Virus record (IMG/VR): IMGVR_UViG_3300011871_000032 | Length of the DNA stretch: 64,000 nt | Source: an uncultured virus (IMG/VR IMGVR_UViG_3300011871_000032) | Taxonomy: Duplodnaviria > Heunggongvirae > Uroviricota > Caudoviricetes | Direction: 5' to 3' (one strand) | Shown: piece by piece, positions 59,748 through 64,000 of the stretch | Numbering within the stretch: position 1 is the first letter of the stretch | How the letters are laid out: the number at the start of each line of letters is the position of its first letter | Notes under the pieces: model-generated | What the model saw: only the letters and a program-made list of their open reading frames with translations | What the model was told of the DNA's origin: nothing | Database searches by the model: none | Made by a program: the position numbers and the translations under genes

Positions 59748-60128
59748 TCATTTTATTTTTATTCTAAGTTCTATATCTTTAATATTTAAAGGAATAGTAG
59801 TTATTTTATTTTTGCTTGATTCTACTATGTAACATTTCATATTATTACTTTCTTTTTTTGAAGTTGATAATGTTATATGCTTACCTATTTTATCCAAATA
59901 AAAATCTTTTTCCATCTCTTTATCTGAAATGGTTATGCTTAATGGATCTTTTGTATATGTTTCTACTTCAATTGTATTTTTTACTTCTTTTTTATTAATA
60001 TTTTTTGTAACTATAACATCGAATTTTAAAGGTGATTCGTAACGATCTTTAAGATTTAAACATATTTTTTCAGCGCTTGCTATGTTTGAAAAAGCTAGTA
60101 TAAAAGCTATTGTTAATATTTTTTTCAT
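59748..60128 (-). CDS. Secreted hypothetical protein
   Basis: Signal peptide ..IASA|E. Confidence 0.7.
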   Translation of the reverse strand: MKKILTIAFILAFSNIASAEKICLNLKDRYESPLKFDVIVTKNINKKEVKNTIEVETYTKDPLSITISDKEMEKDFYLDKIGKHITLSTSKKESNNMKCYIVESSKNKITTIPLNIKDIELRIKIK

Positions 60129-60214
60129 TTTTATCTCCTAATATTTAGAAAATAATAATGACATCTATATTTTCCTAATTCAAATAAAAAACCACCCGCA
60201 GGTGGCTTTACTTA

Positions 60215-62017
60215 TTATCTGATCTTAGGTTTGGATGCTTCAATATTATTAGAACTATTTTCACCTAACTCCATAACTCTATCTCTGCCAATCATACTTA
60301 CCATATAAAGATTAAGTTCGGTTTTTTCAGTAAAATAACCACCACCATATCCGCTATTAGTTAATGGATTACCATTTTTCAATAAATTAAAAATAGCTCC
60401 TGTCTCCAAACTTGATAAAGCAGCACTTTTCAGCTCTTTATTATTTTGAGGGAAAATATCATCTCTTGACATATCTAATAAAGCGCGAGCATTTTCTTCA
60501 TCATTGAAAATAGATTTAAGACTAATATTTTTTAATATTTCAGGATCATAACCTTTTCCTGTTTTATTATTAAAGGCATAAATATCCAACTCAGGGAATT
60601 GATGAGGATTAAATTTAAAATCAGTATTAGGTGCTTCTTTTTTACCATTTAATTTATAAGGCAAATCTATTTTTAAACCAACTAATACTTCTACTTCACC
60701 TAATGCCTGAAGTTTTTCAAGTTCTTTATTCAATTTCTGATTATTTAAAGATTTTAAATTATCAATATTAACTAAATAAGTTTTTTCAAAATCTACATCT
60801 TTTATTTCATCAGATAATGATTGGCTTGATTTTTTTACTTCAACTGTTTCTTTTGATCTATGGAATAAAACAGACGCATCTTTTAAATGATCTAATAATT
60901 CTTGCAACTCACCTTTTAAAAGATTTCTTTCACCTATTTGATGCCCCCAATCATGATATGATGCTTTTAATTCTAAATATCTTGTGTCAGCTTCATTAGC
61001 TTTGGCTTCAACAATAATAACTTTTGCTTCTTCTGGAATATCGTATTTCTCTTTTAGCTCTAAACTTAAGTCATTTGTTTTAATATTATAACTATCTCCA
61101 TCTTGAACTGTTTGTTTAGGTCCAATAATTTTACTTATAACTTTCGTCATATCAGAAACAGAAATAAAGGACTTTTCTTTACTTCTAACTCTATCTACAT
61201 AATTTAAATGTTCAACAAATTCATAGTTATTAAAAAACTTTTCCATATTTTTATGACCAAGACGAGCATAACTCCCGCTTACTCTTTCATATCTTTTTTC
61301 GTCTACTGAATATTCTGCTGCTTCTTTCTTCATTCTTCTAATACTTTCTGAAATAGCATCTTCTGAGCTTTGACCTTTTCTTGCTTTGTCTACTCCATCG
61401 AAAAAATATGAACCTTGGGAATCCGTCGCCCAAATATCAAATACCATTTCATAATATGGATTAATTATCGCACCTTGCTCATCTTTATAAAAACCATATA
61501 GATTATTAGTAGAACTTGAGCGATTATCTTGATAATGAAAGCTAAAGAATATATTTTCAATACCATAATCTTTCATTTCCGCATACTTTTCAAAATAGTC
61601 CTCACTTGCTACGTTTTTTAATCCTTTAATAAAATCTTTGTAAGGCAAATGAAAAACATCTCCGTCATGGAAAGTATCATAATCCATTTTCACTACTGAT
61701 CTAAGGCTTCTTTCTTCTGATAACGGGGTGCCTTGTATTTTTTCTACATTTTCAAATTTACTAATAAAACTCAGCATATCATTAACATGAAAAGGCATCT
61801 TTATGCCTTCAATAACTTCTTTCTTTTCATTTAAAAATTCTTGACGAGGCTCTATAAAACCATTTGTGGTTTCTTCAAATATAAACTTAACGAAGGTTGC
61901 TCCTGTCTTATCAAGCATTTCTACAGCTTTTTTGGCTCCGTTTTTTTCAGCCATATTTCTGATATCAGCCACTTCAACAAAGTAAACATCATTTGGTCCA
62001 ACGATAATTTGTGACAT
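60215..62017 (-). CDS. Large hypothetical protein (tandem paralog of 62142..63977)
   Basis: Shared GFI, DGDV, YGI.NIF, NPY, ATD..G..FF.G, FPE motifs. Confidence 0.8.
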   Translation of the reverse strand: MSQIIVGPNDVYFVEVADIRNMAEKNGAKKAVEMLDKTGATFVKFIFEETTNGFIEPRQEFLNEKKEVIEGIKMPFHVNDMLSFISKFENVEKIQGTPLSEERSLRSVVKMDYDTFHDGDVFHLPYKDFIKGLKNVASEDYFEKYAEMKDYGIENIFFSFHYQDNRSSSTNNLYGFYKDEQGAIINPYYEMVFDIWATDSQGSYFFDGVDKARKGQSSEDAISESIRRMKKEAAEYSVDEKRYERVSGSYARLGHKNMEKFFNNYEFVEHLNYVDRVRSKEKSFISVSDMTKVISKIIGPKQTVQDGDSYNIKTNDLSLELKEKYDIPEEAKVIIVEAKANEADTRYLELKASYHDWGHQIGERNLLKGELQELLDHLKDASVLFHRSKETVEVKKSSQSLSDEIKDVDFEKTYLVNIDNLKSLNNQKLNKELEKLQALGEVEVLVGLKIDLPYKLNGKKEAPNTDFKFNPHQFPELDIYAFNNKTGKGYDPEILKNISLKSIFNDEENARALLDMSRDDIFPQNNKELKSAALSSLETGAIFNLLKNGNPLTNSGYGGGYFTEKTELNLYMVSMIGRDRVMELGENSSNNIEASKPKIR

Positions 62018-62141
62018 TATTTCTCCTTGAATTTTCATCATTATTTATCTATTTTAAAACATTAAATTTGTTATGTATATAGAATGCTATCTCTTAGCAA
62101 AAATAAAAAAGAGACCCGGAGATCTCTTCTTAAATTTTTTC

Positions 62142-63977
62142 TTATAACTTAGGTCTTGATGGAGATACTTTGCTTTTTAAAGTTTTTTCACCCACCTGAT
62201 TTATAATATTCACACTAAACTCACTTCTATCTTTAAATAAATAATCATTAAACTCAACTAATGCTAAAGAATTACTATTTATTATTTTAAATATACTGTT
62301 TGTTTCTAATGTCCCTATAGAGGCTGTCTTATAATTCACAGGAACAATCCTCGATGGTATTCTTTCTTTATCTGCTTCTCTCAATAAATGCTCTCTAACA
62401 GCATCTGGATTAGCCATGATCTGTTCTATATTTATTTCTTTCAATGATTCTGGTTCAAAGGCTTTTCCTGTCGCATTATCAAAACCATAAACATTCATTT
62501 CAGGGAAATTAGATGCATCAAAACCTACTATTTTATTAAACTTCTGGCTCAAACAATCAGTATGACCATTTGGTATATAAGGAAAATCAAATTTAAAACT
62601 GACTAATACATTATCATTACCTAACTCTTTTAATTTATTTAACTCTATATTTAGGGCGTTGTTTCCAAGATTCAATATAGTCTCAATATCCACAGAATAA
62701 GCTTTTGCCATAGTAATATTTTCACCATCTAATGTTGTTAAAATATGAGCATTAGGGCTTATTTCATAATGAGGAACTCTTTCAGCTTCTGTTCTTGCAA
62801 CACCTATACCATTCCTTGTAGATACCAACAGCTCATTTAACTCATTCTTTAAAAGATATCTTTCGCTTATTAATGCTCCCATTCCATCAGTAAAAGACAT
62901 TTTTATATTATAATAACGCTCATCATTTTTATTTGCCAAAATATCAACATACATATCTTTCACATTATCGTTAATGTTGTATTTCTCTTTTACTCTTTCA
63001 TTTAAATCATCAACAATAAGATAATATTGATCTCCAGCCTTGGCTGTTATTTTAAATCCAAGTTCCTTAGAAGCAATATTATGCATATCTGCTAAAGATG
63101 TGAAAGCATATTCATCGTTATGAATATTTTCTACAAAACGTAGCTTATTTTTTATTTTTTCATCATTAAATAAAAGCTCTATATTATTCGGCTCAAGAAC
63201 CATATAACAATTGCTATAATTTTTACTATCTTCTAAATTTTTAGCTCCTGTTTCTATAGCATGATTTAAACGCATACCCCAAACATCTTCTGAAATAAAG
63301 TTCCTTCTATCATCTTGGGAGTTTTGTTTTTCTAACTGTTTATATGAATCTCCCTCAAAGAAAAATGTTCCGTGTTCATCAGTAGCAAATATTTCCATAC
63401 TTGGGCTATGATAAGGATTTAGAAAATATTGCTGATCTTTGATATTATTAATAGAAAAGTTTTTATCCCTTGGCATTTTTCTATTATCATTATAATGCAT
63501 GGATATAAAGATATTTTTTATACCATATTCTTTCATTACTTCTGCTCTCGTATAATTTTCTTCATGAGCATAGTTTTTAAGACTCAATAAAAAATCATCA
63601 ATAGATAATTGATATACATCACCATCTTTTAAATTGAATCCTCCTACATTCACTGTAGAATTAATATCTCTGACAATATTACTTTCACCTTTTTTATATT
63701 CGACACCTTCAACTTTATTTATTAAATATAACATATCCCTTTCTGTAAAGTTCATAGAACTATTTTCAATAGATTTTCCTTTATTATCTAAAATAGTAAA
63801 TTGTGTTTTAATAAAACCGCTTGGCGTTTCTTTAAAATCAAAAATGACTTTATTTGCTTGTGGATTTTGATCTATTTTATCCATCCAAGCTTTATTTTCG
63901 TTTTGTTCCATTAACTCTCTAATCTTACCTATTTCAATAATGAATTTGTCGTTTAATCCAATAATATTCTTTGACAT
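62142..63977 (-). CDS. Large hypothetical protein (tandem paralog)
   Basis: 611 aa, colinear similarity with 60215..62017. Confidence 0.8.
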   Translation of the reverse strand: MSKNIIGLNDKFIIEIGKIRELMEQNENKAWMDKIDQNPQANKVIFDFKETPSGFIKTQFTILDNKGKSIENSSMNFTERDMLYLINKVEGVEYKKGESNIVRDINSTVNVGGFNLKDGDVYQLSIDDFLLSLKNYAHEENYTRAEVMKEYGIKNIFISMHYNDNRKMPRDKNFSINNIKDQQYFLNPYHSPSMEIFATDEHGTFFFEGDSYKQLEKQNSQDDRRNFISEDVWGMRLNHAIETGAKNLEDSKNYSNCYMVLEPNNIELLFNDEKIKNKLRFVENIHNDEYAFTSLADMHNIASKELGFKITAKAGDQYYLIVDDLNERVKEKYNINDNVKDMYVDILANKNDERYYNIKMSFTDGMGALISERYLLKNELNELLVSTRNGIGVARTEAERVPHYEISPNAHILTTLDGENITMAKAYSVDIETILNLGNNALNIELNKLKELGNDNVLVSFKFDFPYIPNGHTDCLSQKFNKIVGFDASNFPEMNVYGFDNATGKAFEPESLKEINIEQIMANPDAVREHLLREADKERIPSRIVPVNYKTASIGTLETNSIFKIINSNSLALVEFNDYLFKDRSEFSVNIINQVGEKTLKSKVSPSRPKL

Positions 63978-64000
63978 AATAATTCCTTCGCATTTATTTA

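Overview
Strongly AT-rich (about 30% GC by eye), gene-dense segment of a large mobile replicon. It is most likely a jumbo phage or phage-plasmid/megaplasmid of an enterobacterial host; no capsid, terminase, polymerase or Rep gene lies in the window, so the replicon type is inferred. Most genes are short, on the minus strand, and arranged as 1-3 gene cassettes with sigma70-like promoters and cUUCGg terminators. Bases 2.4-8.9 kb hold a minus-strand RNA gene cluster: three modules of tRNA-Arg(UCU)/Leu(UAA)/Ile2(CAU), plus tRNA-Phe(GAA) and a rare tRNA-Leu(AAG). Interleaved with them are tRNA-shaped RNAs with rebuilt or expanded anticodon arms and two duplicated, covarying ~170-190 nt structured ncRNA families; one family ends in CCA and carries a T-loop at the D-arm position. 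A cyclic-phosphate-processing receiver-domain gene sits inside the cluster. This ncRNA set is the best candidate for an undescribed system. Recognisable proteins: type IVb pilins and a PilV-like adhesin (no assembly genes in the window), NMN adenylyltransferase, 5'-nucleotidase, ankyrin protein, SprT protease, T5orf172/GIY-YIG, MutS, MarC, RaSEA-like radical SAM, NUDT16-like Nudix, ErpA, DUF262 and three ABC-type ATPases. Several genes are interrupted by in-frame stops or frameshifts.
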